DNA of 64,000 bases, taken from positions 1 through 64,000 of the IMG/VR virus record IMGVR_UViG_3300029849_000006. One strand, written 5' to 3'. Below are positions 8,734 to 17,656 of the stretch, one piece after another. The position numbers and the translations under genes were made by a program. Within the stretch, counting starts at the first letter, position 1. The number at the start of each line of letters is the position of its first letter. The notes under the pieces are model-generated. The model saw nothing but the letters and a program-made list of their open reading frames with translations. It made no database searches and was not told the DNA's origin. This DNA is from a virus (Duplodnaviria; Heunggongvirae; Uroviricota; Caudoviricetes).

Positions 8734-9126
8734 ATGAAAACACAAGAAGAATACGCACTTGAAATTGACGAAATTGTTCGCCGGGATGTGGAGAGTTGCC
8801 AGAATGACTGGTTTAGGATTGACAGGGAGATATTTATGCAACCGGAAAACAGGAATAAGATATTTATTCTTGGAACCCGGAAGACCGGATGTGATTTAAT
8901 AATATTGGGTGGCACTAATTGTGATGAAGGCAGTATGGATTGGCTTTTTGGGAGTCTTGGCAATGAAAATTTCTATGTATGTAAGCCGCTATCTTTCTAT
9001 AAATCACAACAAGAAATCCAGAAAGTAAATCCGCTTTATGCTTTCAAGGTGGCCACTGCTTATTTTAGAGAACAAGGGAAGGTTCCGGTATTTGAAGATA
9101 GTAACTGTAGATTAATAAAACTATGA
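8734..9126 (+). CDS. hypothetical protein (130 aa)
   Basis: ORF track. Confidence 0.45.
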   Translation: MKTQEEYALEIDEIVRRDVESCQNDWFRIDREIFMQPENRNKIFILGTRKTGCDLIILGGTNCDEGSMDWLFGSLGNENFYVCKPLSFYKSQQEIQKVNPLYAFKVATAYFREQGKVPVFEDSNCRLIKL

Positions 9127-9359
9127 GCATAAAAGTAATAAGATACAGGTTGCCCTCTTATTGGGCTTGCCCGTTAATCAATGATGATTACACTGGATTA
9201 ACGGATGAAGAATGTGAGGAAATCCAACGCTTCTTGGAAGCAGCAGAAGGTTATCCGGTAGATGTAGATTTGGAAACACAAGGGTTTTACCGTTGTAATG
9301 ACGCAGGAACACTTCCCGGAGACTGTGCAGATTTTATTTTTCATAAGTGTAATGATTAA
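9123..9359 (+). CDS. hypothetical protein (78 aa)
   Basis: ORF track; 4-nt overlap with the upstream gene. Confidence 0.4.
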   Translation: MSIKVIRYRLPSYWACPLINDDYTGLTDEECEEIQRFLEAAEGYPVDVDLETQGFYRCNDAGTLPGDCADFIFHKCND

Positions 9360-9370
9360 ATTGAAATAAT

Positions 9371-10267
9371 ATGGAAACTACAAACAAACTGTTTTATTCA
9401 GATACAAAATTCTTTACAGAAAATGAAGAAGATTATAGAATAACAGTTAGAATCTCTTTGGATGATGACTGCAAAAATAACATATGCGACTGGAGCATAA
9501 CAGCCGACGTTGACTGGAAAAACAAGCATGGAAAATATGAGGATTACTCAGGAGGCTGCTGCCGTGATGAAGTTGCAAAACATTTTCCGGAATTGGCAAA
9601 ATTCATATCGTTGCATCTTTGTAACCATTATGGTGCTCCTATGTATCCGGTGGAAAATGGCATATATCTCGTTAGAAGAAGCGGTATGTCTGTGGCAATG
9701 GAGTATTTGCGTATATCAGAACAAGAATGCGTAGAATTATATAAAGCCTCTGAGGATAAGTTGTATTTCAGGTATATGCTTTTCAATCTGGGGATCGTGG
9801 ATAGATGGAAAAGAGAATCAGAAGAACTTATTGCGGAACTTGAAAAATTGTGTGGTAAGAAGTGGGTTAATCCATATAAGCCGGAAGAAGAAAGATTTGT
9901 TTTAACACTAACGGACGAGGAACGATCTCTTATTGAAGAGCGTATTAAAGCCGGGCATTATTCCTCAGAAAATATAGAGAAACGCAGAGTGGAAGCCCAT
10001 AAAGCAAAGATGGCGGCAAAACGTGCTGAAATTTGTGAGCGATACGATAAGAAAATCAGACAAGCAGAAGCAGAAAAGAAGATAATGCTCTGTGTGTTTG
10101 ATTATGGGTTGTCTACCGGTAATGTTATATATTATTCTCACACGAACACTTTGTCTTTCAACTGGAACGGTTATGGAGAAAAAATCACACAGGAAGAGTT
10201 TGATGATTTTGTGAATAAGGTAGACCGCTCTCAGTTGCCGGAAGGTATTAAGTTTGAGCTTAAATAA
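9371..10267 (+). CDS. hypothetical protein (298 aa)
   Basis: ORF track. Confidence 0.55.
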   Translation: METTNKLFYSDTKFFTENEEDYRITVRISLDDDCKNNICDWSITADVDWKNKHGKYEDYSGGCCRDEVAKHFPELAKFISLHLCNHYGAPMYPVENGIYLVRRSGMSVAMEYLRISEQECVELYKASEDKLYFRYMLFNLGIVDRWKRESEELIAELEKLCGKKWVNPYKPEEERFVLTLTDEERSLIEERIKAGHYSSENIEKRRVEAHKAKMAAKRAEICERYDKKIRQAEAEKKIMLCVFDYGLSTGNVIYYSHTNTLSFNWNGYGEKITQEEFDDFVNKVDRSQLPEGIKFELK

Positions 10268-10568
10268 AATACAGGATATGGAAAGATTGGATTTTGAAAC
10301 ATTGTTTCGTATTGTAAGATGGGATTACAACCGTTGTTTCAAGGATGAGTCGTTAGACAAGGATTTGTTTATGGGAAAATACGGGAAAGTTATGGGTGAA
10401 CATTATTATAACAAGTTTGTCCATGAATTTGACGGAAATATTCTGAAGATGGTTGGTTACTTCAGAGGTTCCGAAAAAGAGGGGCAAGTCTTCTGCGATA
10501 TGATAACCGAACGTATTGAAAAATACGAAAAGAGAATGTCATATGATAAAGGTAAGTTAAACAATTAA
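10254..10568 (+). CDS. hypothetical protein (104 aa)
   Basis: ORF track. Confidence 0.4.
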   Translation: MSLNKIQDMERLDFETLFRIVRWDYNRCFKDESLDKDLFMGKYGKVMGEHYYNKFVHEFDGNILKMVGYFRGSEKEGQVFCDMITERIEKYEKRMSYDKGKLNN

Positions 10569-10580
10569 AAAGATATTTAT

Positions 10581-10832
10581 ATGAACAATTCAATGGTCGC
10601 TCACTTGTGGGCTCATGAACAAGAAGAATCAGCATCAGGGAGCAATTTCTTCTTTGAAGGTACAAGTATTTATTCTTATGGGCATCACTTTGAAGTCGGG
10701 AGAATAGTAAAAAACAAACAAGGGAAGAAAGCATACCTGATAAATGAAGATTATTATTCTGTTACCACGAGCAAACATCAATGCTATGTTCGTAATGCGA
10801 TACCAACTTGGGCAATGGTTTTCAGTTATTAA
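10581..10832 (+). CDS. hypothetical protein (83 aa)
   Basis: ORF track. Confidence 0.4.
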   Translation: MNNSMVAHLWAHEQEESASGSNFFFEGTSIYSYGHHFEVGRIVKNKQGKKAYLINEDYYSVTTSKHQCYVRNAIPTWAMVFSY

Positions 10833-10936
10833 AAGTAAAATTTATTCAAAAATGTGCATGCGGGGCGGTCACTATCAGATTTGATAATGACCGCTGAATT
10901 AAGTAACATAGCTAAGAATTGTAAAATATAGAAAAT

Positions 10937-11191
10937 ATGTATGAGAATATTTTAAGCAACATGTTAGGATGTCAGACATATTGTATATCAGACAGTCCCT
11001 CGAATAGATACTGTCTTATTGGACCTATTGAGTGCAATGAGAAGTTAATAGAAGTGTTTGAGAAGGGGATAACAGTAAAACTCAAATACGTGGAAAAACG
11101 GGTCCTGGATGCATTTACGGACAACGGAATCGACCTGAGTAATTACACTCATTGTATTATTGTGAAGCGGAATTTTTATCTCGCTTGGTAA
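10937..11191 (+). CDS. hypothetical protein (84 aa)
   Basis: ORF track. Confidence 0.35.
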   Translation: MYENILSNMLGCQTYCISDSPSNRYCLIGPIECNEKLIEVFEKGITVKLKYVEKRVLDAFTDNGIDLSNYTHCIIVKRNFYLAW

Positions 11192-11209
11192 CGGCAAAAC
11201 ATAAACAAT

Positions 11210-11872
11210 ATGAATAATTTTGTAATAGATACTCCAGATAATTTCTGGCAAATAAGATGGCTTGACAAGTATATGGAAGGCCACAAAGGATTCATAGCTG
11301 GTGGATGTTTTAAAAATATCCTTTCCGGAGAAAGAGTAAAAGACATTGATATTTTCTTTGAAAGTGAAAGCGATTTTCAGGAGGCTATTGATTCGTTCAA
11401 TGATGAAAAACATCAGAAAGAAGGATGGAAATTTAAGTACAGAAATGAGAAGGTATGTGCGTTCCAGAAAGAGGGAGAAAATGTATGGATAGAGTTCATA
11501 GAGTCAGAGTTTGGAAAGCCGAAAGAGATTCTTAGGAGCTTCGATTTTACTGTGACAAAAATGGCTTACTATAAGGAGCCCAAATACGAAGAAAAAGAAG
11601 ATGATTATTTTCCATTCTCATCTGCAAGTATAGTAGCATACGAGTACAAACTACTCTATCATGAGAAATTCTTCGAACATCTTCATATGAAGAGGCTGGT
11701 TATTGACGAAAATATCCCTTTTCCAGTAAGTACATGGGAGCGCTCATATCGGTATAAAGGATATGGTTACAATATGTGCCGGGAGACAAAGAAAAAACTT
11801 CTACAGGCTATTAAAGGTGTAAACGTAGAGGAGGAAGATGTATCTTTGTACACTACTGGAGGATGGAATTAA
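11210..11872 (+). CDS. Pol-beta superfamily nucleotidyltransferase-like protein (220 aa)
   Basis: Translated motif GGCFKNILSGERVKDIDIFF (G[GS] then hDhDh) plus a downstream SFDFT third acidic site, matching the established nucleotidyltransferase-fold signature by eye. Confidence 0.5.
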   Translation: MNNFVIDTPDNFWQIRWLDKYMEGHKGFIAGGCFKNILSGERVKDIDIFFESESDFQEAIDSFNDEKHQKEGWKFKYRNEKVCAFQKEGENVWIEFIESEFGKPKEILRSFDFTVTKMAYYKEPKYEEKEDDYFPFSSASIVAYEYKLLYHEKFFEHLHMKRLVIDENIPFPVSTWERSYRYKGYGYNMCRETKKKLLQAIKGVNVEEEDVSLYTTGGWN

Positions 11873-12330
11873 CCTATAAAACAAAATTGCTTATGAAAAC
11901 ATTAGAACAACTTAAAGAATTAGCATCAAAATGTTTAGACGGTAGAGATTTTAACAGACTGGCTAAATTTATCCCATATAACATGATAAAGGATTTCGGT
12001 ATGGAGCCGAACGAAGAATACAATAACGAAGAAAGGTGGAACAGTACTGTAGTTGAATTTACCAGGGAGAATGTTTTGAAACAGCTTGAAGAAGATGTAA
12101 GATTCGGTTTTGAAAAGGCATTAAATCAGAGAGGGATATCAGCCAGTTTAATGTTTGAATGTGTGATGATGTGGAACTACATCCTGGAAGAAGGTCTTGA
12201 AGACTGGGATGAGGATGATTATGGATTTTACGGGCTACCTCTATTTAAAGCTACGGCTGTAAAATACGGATGGGATAATCCTATAGGGGAAGACAGCGGG
12301 AGAGAAAGAAAATATGATTCACAGTATTAA
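11863..12330 (+). CDS. hypothetical acidic protein (155 aa)
   Basis: ORF track. Confidence 0.45.
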   Translation: MELTYKTKLLMKTLEQLKELASKCLDGRDFNRLAKFIPYNMIKDFGMEPNEEYNNEERWNSTVVEFTRENVLKQLEEDVRFGFEKALNQRGISASLMFECVMMWNYILEEGLEDWDEDDYGFYGLPLFKATAVKYGWDNPIGEDSGRERKYDSQY

Positions 12331-12341
12331 ATGGGCATATC

Positions 12342-13196
12342 ATGAGCACAAGTAAAGAATACAAGGCAGTAAGGAACTGTATATTAAATGAACTTCACCT
12401 TACCAAAGAAGATATAATCAAAAACATAGAGCCGTTATTGGAGAAACACGTAAAACGGTACATGGTTAATACATATGGAGGTGACAACCAGATAGAAAAC
12501 TGGATCAGATGCATGGTGAATGATGAACTCAAACGAAGAGATCATGATTTTGTAAGAAAAGCGTGCGAGAGCGTCATCAGGGGTCATGTATTAAATGAGT
12601 TGAATATAATCGTAAGATCCAAAAGTGAGAAATGTACATGTGAAAACAGAGTACCATCCGAAGAGGATAAGAAAGAGTCAACTGACGGACTGTATATAAT
12701 CTACAAAGACGGACATGCAGAGCCGTTTACCGGCGATAACTCCAAAGATTGTGTACGATACATCGGGTTGAAGCACAGATACATGTCATTTGCAATCTCA
12801 CTGACGGAGCATGATATCGTACAATTGCTTGACGATGATAGCCGTGAAGAATCCGGAAGTGGGACATATTATGAACGTGAATGTGATGCGCTGTTTGACA
12901 TTGACGGACGCGGCAATACGGAACGCCTTGTAGCCAGAAATCCAAAATTGAGAAATCTGCTGGAAGATGGCGAGTATATACCATCTCTTGGTCAATTAAA
13001 TTTAATGGCCCATAATATGGACGAACTAAACAAAGCATTCACTTATGTTTCGGCATCTCCCCTCTCCTCGACGTGGTATTGGTCCAGTACTGAGAGCAGC
13101 CAGGCCGTCGCGTGGTACGTGGTCTTCTCCAGTGGCCTCACGGGCACTGGCAACAAGCACATCGGAGACAAGGTTCGGACGGTAATTGATTTTTAA
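12342..13196 (+). CDS. protein with C-terminal DUF1566 (Lcl C-terminal lectin-like) domain (284 aa)
   Basis: C-terminus ...LSSTWYWSSTESSQAVAWYVVFSSGLTGTGNKHIGDKVRTV matches the DUF1566 hallmark (YWSST...AW...F..G...K...VR.V) from memory. Confidence 0.55.
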   Translation: MSTSKEYKAVRNCILNELHLTKEDIIKNIEPLLEKHVKRYMVNTYGGDNQIENWIRCMVNDELKRRDHDFVRKACESVIRGHVLNELNIIVRSKSEKCTCENRVPSEEDKKESTDGLYIIYKDGHAEPFTGDNSKDCVRYIGLKHRYMSFAISLTEHDIVQLLDDDSREESGSGTYYERECDALFDIDGRGNTERLVARNPKLRNLLEDGEYIPSLGQLNLMAHNMDELNKAFTYVSASPLSSTWYWSSTESSQAVAWYVVFSSGLTGTGNKHIGDKVRTVIDF

Positions 13197-13207
13197 AAAG
13201 GATTACA

Positions 13208-13603
13208 ATGATAACATCAGTAAAAATAAAAGACAATACGAAAACTCCATTTGAATATGTTTCTGACATAGAAGCGTTTGAAAATGGCAGAGAATTTATT
13301 TTCAAGCCAGGAGTGAATGTGATTGTAGGTAAAAACGGTAGTGGAAAATCAACCTTGCTTAACATCATATCAATGTATGCGTTATGTGAGAAATCCATGT
13401 GCTCTGAAATACCGATCGAGGCACTGGATTTTCCACCTATATTTGATGATGATGATGATGACAAGGTTCTTGATGGGATTGACATATCATCCGATTATGC
13501 AGGGAAAGTATTCCGTTTATTGCCATCGGCGGAGATAAATCAAGATAAAACAGGAGCGTGCGTACAACATCGACCTTTGCATGACTTTCGAAAGATATAT
13601 TGA
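13208..13603 (+). CDS. P-loop (Walker A GKNGSGKST) ATPase N-terminal part; probably continues in frame 0 to 13733 after a frameshift
   Basis: Walker A in translation. Hand translation of frame 0 (13539-13733) gives protein-like ...ERAYNIDLCMTFERYIEIADKDAERAMAFLKEAYPFNEETEVFIRKRYNMSIDVDPEEN*, which overlaps the 3' end of this ORF. Confidence 0.5.
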   Translation: MITSVKIKDNTKTPFEYVSDIEAFENGREFIFKPGVNVIVGKNGSGKSTLLNIISMYALCEKSMCSEIPIEALDFPPIFDDDDDDKVLDGIDISSDYAGKVFRLLPSAEINQDKTGACVQHRPLHDFRKIY

Positions 13604-13749
13604 GATAGCAGATAAAGATGCGGAGCGGGCTATGGCTTTCTTGAAAGAAGCCTACCCGTTTAATGAAGAAACAGAAGTCTTTATCAGGAAAAGATACAAT
13701 ATGTCTATCGATGTTGACCCGGAAGAAAATTAATTTATATTAAATCATT

Positions 13750-14055
13750 TTGTTTCTTATTAAGCAACAAAAGACATATCTTTGTCCGAAAAAAAACAGA
13801 ATGGAAGAAAAAGAGATAAAAGAAGCTATGATTGAAGCCCTAACGCACTTAGAGGGGTGTAAGTATTTCGTAGCTACGATAGTAAATGAAGAGGAAAGAA
13901 GATTTGATATGAGCCTAAGAATGTCACAACATCAATTGGCATTAATTATAAAAGGCATCTTATCTAATAATGAGATGATGATGATGGATGTTTTGCAGTG
14001 GTGTTCTGAAAGATTTAAAAACAGTATAGAGAAAGGAAAGAAATCAACTAATTAA
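13750..14055 (+). CDS. hypothetical protein (101 aa)
   Basis: ORF track. Confidence 0.4.
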   Translation: MFLIKQQKTYLCPKKNRMEEKEIKEAMIEALTHLEGCKYFVATIVNEEERRFDMSLRMSQHQLALIIKGILSNNEMMMMDVLQWCSERFKNSIEKGKKSTN

Positions 14056-14066
14056 ATATTAATACA

Positions 14067-14537
14067 ATGAATCGCTGGTTTGAAATTACGGTAAAAGCCG
14101 AGATTGATAATGTCGAGAACGGCAAAAAAAAGAAGGTAACTGAAAAGTATTTAGTGGATGCCTTGTCTTACACAGAGGCAGAATCAAGATCGTTGGAGAT
14201 CTTCAAGGATTTGTACAATTCTTTCGAGGTTGTAAAAATTAATCCTATTAAAGTGTCGGAAATCTTCTTCAACGGAGAGGCTGAGTACTGGTATAAGTGT
14301 AAGGTGAATTACATTACACTGGATGAAAAGAAAGGTAAAGAAAAGAAAACACCATGCTATATGTATGTCCAGGCCGGCAATCCCAAGGATGCCGAAGCTG
14401 TGTTGACTAAAGGCATGCAGGGTACGTTGGGCGACTGGAATTGCGAAGCTATTGCTGAAACGAAGATCATAGACGTATTCAAATACGATCTTCAGAAGGG
14501 AGCTGAAAAATTAGGCGAGAAGAAGAGTGAAGAGTAA
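14067..14537 (+). CDS. hypothetical protein (156 aa)
   Basis: ORF track. Confidence 0.45.
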   Translation: MNRWFEITVKAEIDNVENGKKKKVTEKYLVDALSYTEAESRSLEIFKDLYNSFEVVKINPIKVSEIFFNGEAEYWYKCKVNYITLDEKKGKEKKTPCYMYVQAGNPKDAEAVLTKGMQGTLGDWNCEAIAETKIIDVFKYDLQKGAEKLGEKKSEE

Positions 14538-14766
14538 GGCTGATGTAGTTTCCAACATAGCGCTTGTTGTGGCGATAATATCATTGCTTTCAGCAGGCGC
14601 TTTCCTTCTGATAGTGATTAAGACAGACGAGGTATCTAAATTATTAATGAACGTACCTTATCTACTGGCTTCAGTGGGATTGTTCTTTTCAATAATATCA
14701 TTATTATTCGAATGGAAAGCAAGGAAAAGAAGCTATACGTCTGCGAACGATGCGGACGAAAAGTGA
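14527..14766 (+). CDS. small membrane protein with two predicted TM helices and a charged C-terminus (79 aa)
   Basis: Hydrophobic stretches IALVVAIISLLSAGAFLLIVI and YLLASVGLFFSIISLLF in the translation. Confidence 0.4.
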   Translation: MKSKADVVSNIALVVAIISLLSAGAFLLIVIKTDEVSKLLMNVPYLLASVGLFFSIISLLFEWKARKRSYTSANDADEK

Positions 14767-15233
14767 TGATAAGAAGTCATGGCTTATGCCAGGCTTGCAG
14801 GAGCAAAGAGTTGACTCCGAAGAAAAAAAACAGAATTACATCCATTAAAAACAGCAGCAAGAAGAAAAAGTTAGAGAACCCGGATTTATCCGGGTTTTTT
14901 CGTCTTATGTTGGAGGAGTTGAGTACTATTCGAATGTCTATGACTGGTAAGGCTATTCATTTTCCTACAGTATGTAACGTCTGTCACATACTTCCGAAAA
15001 GGATATATAAGTCGGTTGCTACTTGCAGGGATAATATAGTTTTCCTTCATGAATCGGAGCATACGGTATTCGACATGTATCTTGACCGGATGGAATTTGA
15101 TAAACTTGAAACAGAATTTCCTTTTGTATGGAAGTATGCGGTAAAGAAGGTACTGGATATGGAAAGCAGGGGAATGATCAAAGAAAGAGGTAGGTTGATT
15201 ATTGAAATAATTGACAGATATAACCCCAAATAG
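14712..15233 (+). CDS. Zn-ribbon protein (CERCGRK...CQACRSK), possibly HNH-like
   Basis: ORF track; CxxC x2 at the N-terminus; downstream CNVCH...HESEH is weakly HNH-like. Confidence 0.45.
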   Translation: MESKEKKLYVCERCGRKVMIRSHGLCQACRSKELTPKKKNRITSIKNSSKKKKLENPDLSGFFRLMLEELSTIRMSMTGKAIHFPTVCNVCHILPKRIYKSVATCRDNIVFLHESEHTVFDMYLDRMEFDKLETEFPFVWKYAVKKVLDMESRGMIKERGRLIIEIIDRYNPK

Positions 15234-15580
15234 TATTAACCTGATATAATTCTATTATAAAAGTTTAATACATCTCTTTCAGAGATCGGGTTATTAGCCT
15301 AAGCCTTGAAACAAAGGCTACGTTATTTGAGAATAGATAGTTACCTACGGATGTTTACCCAAGTTCGTAGCTCTAAGAATGGTGGTTAAACAGGAGTAGT
15401 GTATTTGACGAAACAGTGTTGCCATTATATAAAACCTCTTATAACATTGGCGATGGGTACTAACAGGATGAAATATTCCTGACTTATCCCTAACGGGATT
15501 TACATCTACCTCGGAGACCGAAAGGTCTCCGAGGGGATGTATTAAAACAGATGAATAGCTTTAAATATATTTAATAGAAT
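15234..15580 (+). ncRNA. ~350-nt ORF-free region dense in short hairpins (candidate structured ncRNA or UTR)
   Basis: Hairpins read directly at 15272-15286, 15303-15318, 15345-15370, 15486-15499 and 15509-15534. No ORF of 20 aa or more on either strand. Strand unproven, assumed + as the flanking genes. Confidence 0.35.
15509..15534 (+). other. perfect 11-bp hairpin CCTCGGAGACC-GAAA-GGTCTCCGAGG with a GNRA (GAAA) tetraloop; no U-tract follows
   Basis: Read directly from the sequence. Confidence 0.8.
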
Positions 15581-15763
15581 ATGGGATATGAAAAAAAATA
15601 TAAGGTTACAATAGAAGCTGACGATGAAATTATTTTCATTGCCAACGTAAAAAGAGGAGAGAGTGAGAGAGAAATTGATTTTGAGGGAGCAGCCGCAGAT
15701 ATGGATGAGACTGTAACTGTGTTGTATTATGTTAAAGAGGAATTAATTGAGAAATTGCGATGA
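15581..15763 (+). CDS. hypothetical protein (60 aa)
   Basis: ORF track; 4-nt overlap with the next gene. Confidence 0.3.
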   Translation: MGYEKKYKVTIEADDEIIFIANVKRGESEREIDFEGAAADMDETVTVLYYVKEELIEKLR

Positions 15764-17079
15764 TAGAACAGAAAATAAAAATATTGACAGATTTAGGGTT
15801 TGTACCTATGGTGGAGGGAAAAGGAAATACGTTGTTTAGAATGAACGATGTTGTGATGTCGGTGTCAGATCCTAATCAAACACCGGAGCAGTTGAAGAAG
15901 GAGGTTATGTCTTTAATAAAGAACAGAGACATAGCGGAAAGAGGTGGACAGGTTCCAGTAGTTGAAGAGCCGGCGCCTGAGCCAGAGCAGGCCCAGAAGG
16001 AGGAACCGGAAGCTCCGGCGGAGGAAGCCGCTCCTAACCCCGGAGAAGAGGATTCGAATCCGTTTACAGAAAATCAGGAAACGTTAGAACCGTTTTATAT
16101 CTGTGATGAGTTAAAGAAGATCGAGACTCCCAAATTCGTAAGATTGACATTAGACGGTAATCGTTTTTATGTAAGAAAGATGGACGATGGGACAGCCAAG
16201 ATATACGCCTCGGTAACAACCATGATCAGAGACGGATTCGTAGATGACAAGACGGCTCTTCAAGAATGGAGACAGGAGATGAGGATGATTGGTCGCAATC
16301 CGGAAGAAGTATCAGAATATGATGCAGATAAAGGAACGATCATGCACTACCTATACGGATTGTACTTGACAGGTAGAGATATGGTCTTAAATCGAAGTTT
16401 TATAGTTAAGACAGTGCAAGAAGGCAAGCTTAAAATATCAAAAAAGAATCTTGACAAATTCTTTGGTAGCATAGATGATCTTGATGATATGATTGTCAGA
16501 GTTATGAAGTTTGCTAAGTTTTGTTCGGAGTATAAGGTTAAGCCGATGATGATTGAAAGAATATTGTCATTAGAAGATTATTTGGTAGCTACGCCGATAG
16601 ATGCGATGGTTAAAATGACATTCAAATACAAAGAAGAAGGTTATTTTGGAGCCGTGTATCAAAGGGCTACGGGGCAGTTCAAAAAAGGCGATCCGAAGAA
16701 GGAAGTGAGAGAAGTGGAGAAAGAAGAGATTGTTATCTTAGATTTTAAATCAGGTGACATACGAAATGAACATGCTTTTCAATTGGAGGCTGAAAGGAGA
16801 ATGGTTAAAAACTGGTACGGAATTGATGCACGTATTATGAATTTTTCTCCAAAAAGCACGAACAGTAAAGGTTATACGCTAAAAGAATGGTCTGATAAGA
16901 ATGCTGCTATGGAGAAAGCGGACTGTGTGTTCCAACAAGGGATGTTGAATCATATCAGAAAAGATAAGAGGTTCAAAGTGAGAAAAGGAGTGCTGAATAT
17001 CAATAAGCCGTACAATGAAGAGGATCATACGGTCGTGTATGATATTGCAGAGGAAATGTCTAAAAGATTCATAATATGA
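15760..17079 (+). CDS. PD-(D/E)xK (RecB-family)-like nuclease domain protein with Pro/Glu-rich linker (439 aa)
   Basis: Motif VILDFKSGD (hhDhK[ST]G, nuclease motif III) in the translation; assignment tentative. Confidence 0.45.
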   Translation: MIEQKIKILTDLGFVPMVEGKGNTLFRMNDVVMSVSDPNQTPEQLKKEVMSLIKNRDIAERGGQVPVVEEPAPEPEQAQKEEPEAPAEEAAPNPGEEDSNPFTENQETLEPFYICDELKKIETPKFVRLTLDGNRFYVRKMDDGTAKIYASVTTMIRDGFVDDKTALQEWRQEMRMIGRNPEEVSEYDADKGTIMHYLYGLYLTGRDMVLNRSFIVKTVQEGKLKISKKNLDKFFGSIDDLDDMIVRVMKFAKFCSEYKVKPMMIERILSLEDYLVATPIDAMVKMTFKYKEEGYFGAVYQRATGQFKKGDPKKEVREVEKEEIVILDFKSGDIRNEHAFQLEAERRMVKNWYGIDARIMNFSPKSTNSKGYTLKEWSDKNAAMEKADCVFQQGMLNHIRKDKRFKVRKGVLNINKPYNEEDHTVVYDIAEEMSKRFII

Positions 17080-17309
17080 ACGATATTGTTATTCCTGAAG
17101 GAGATTATATAGAAATCGTAAAACCGATATGCATCAATCCTTTTGGTGATTATTTTATTAACATCAAAAGGGGTTCGAGATTAAGATTATCGAAAGATTT
17201 GAAAATAGGAGATAAATATGCAATATGTGTACTTGCATCTCATAAGAAATATGGCAAGACCATCGAAATAATAATGCCTATATTGGTCAGAAATACAAGA
17301 AGAGTATGA
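17076..17309 (+). CDS. hypothetical protein (77 aa)
   Basis: ORF track. Confidence 0.35.
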   Translation: MNDIVIPEGDYIEIVKPICINPFGDYFINIKRGSRLRLSKDLKIGDKYAICVLASHKKYGKTIEIIMPILVRNTRRV

Positions 17310-17656
17310 AAAGAAAAATTAGAAGAACAGGAGAGATAATAGACGTAATCACTTTCAGTAGCTCAACTACAAGAAGCGACCATGACAGAATACAGTTCTA
17401 TGGTGATAATGGGAATGTGATAAGTGAGAGTTTAAATTTTTATCTCGATACCCTTCCTGTAAATGACGAAAACAAAGATGTAGACTGGGAGCAACGTAGA
17501 TTCGATCTTATCAAGGCTTATTCTATTGAGTTTGTTAAAGCACAAAATAGAAAAGGTGAAATAGATTGCGGAGTATATGTACCAGATGTGGTGTCATGGT
17601 CTATAACTATAGCAGATAGAATCATAGAGGCGATGAGAGGAGTTAAAAATGCTTGA
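17306..17656 (+). CDS. hypothetical protein (116 aa)
   Basis: ORF track. Confidence 0.4.
   Translation: MKRKIRRTGEIIDVITFSSSTTRSDHDRIQFYGDNGNVISESLNFYLDTLPVNDENKDVDWEQRRFDLIKAYSIEFVKAQNRKGEIDCGVYVPDVVSWSITIADRIIEAMRGVKNA

Noticed and set aside
10860-10905. Strong hairpin CGGTCACTATCA-GATT-TGATAATGACCG in the intergenic gap before 10937
   Set aside because: It has 11 of 12 bp paired but no adjacent U-tract on either strand. Possibly a protein-binding palindrome or RNA element; too little context to call a terminator.
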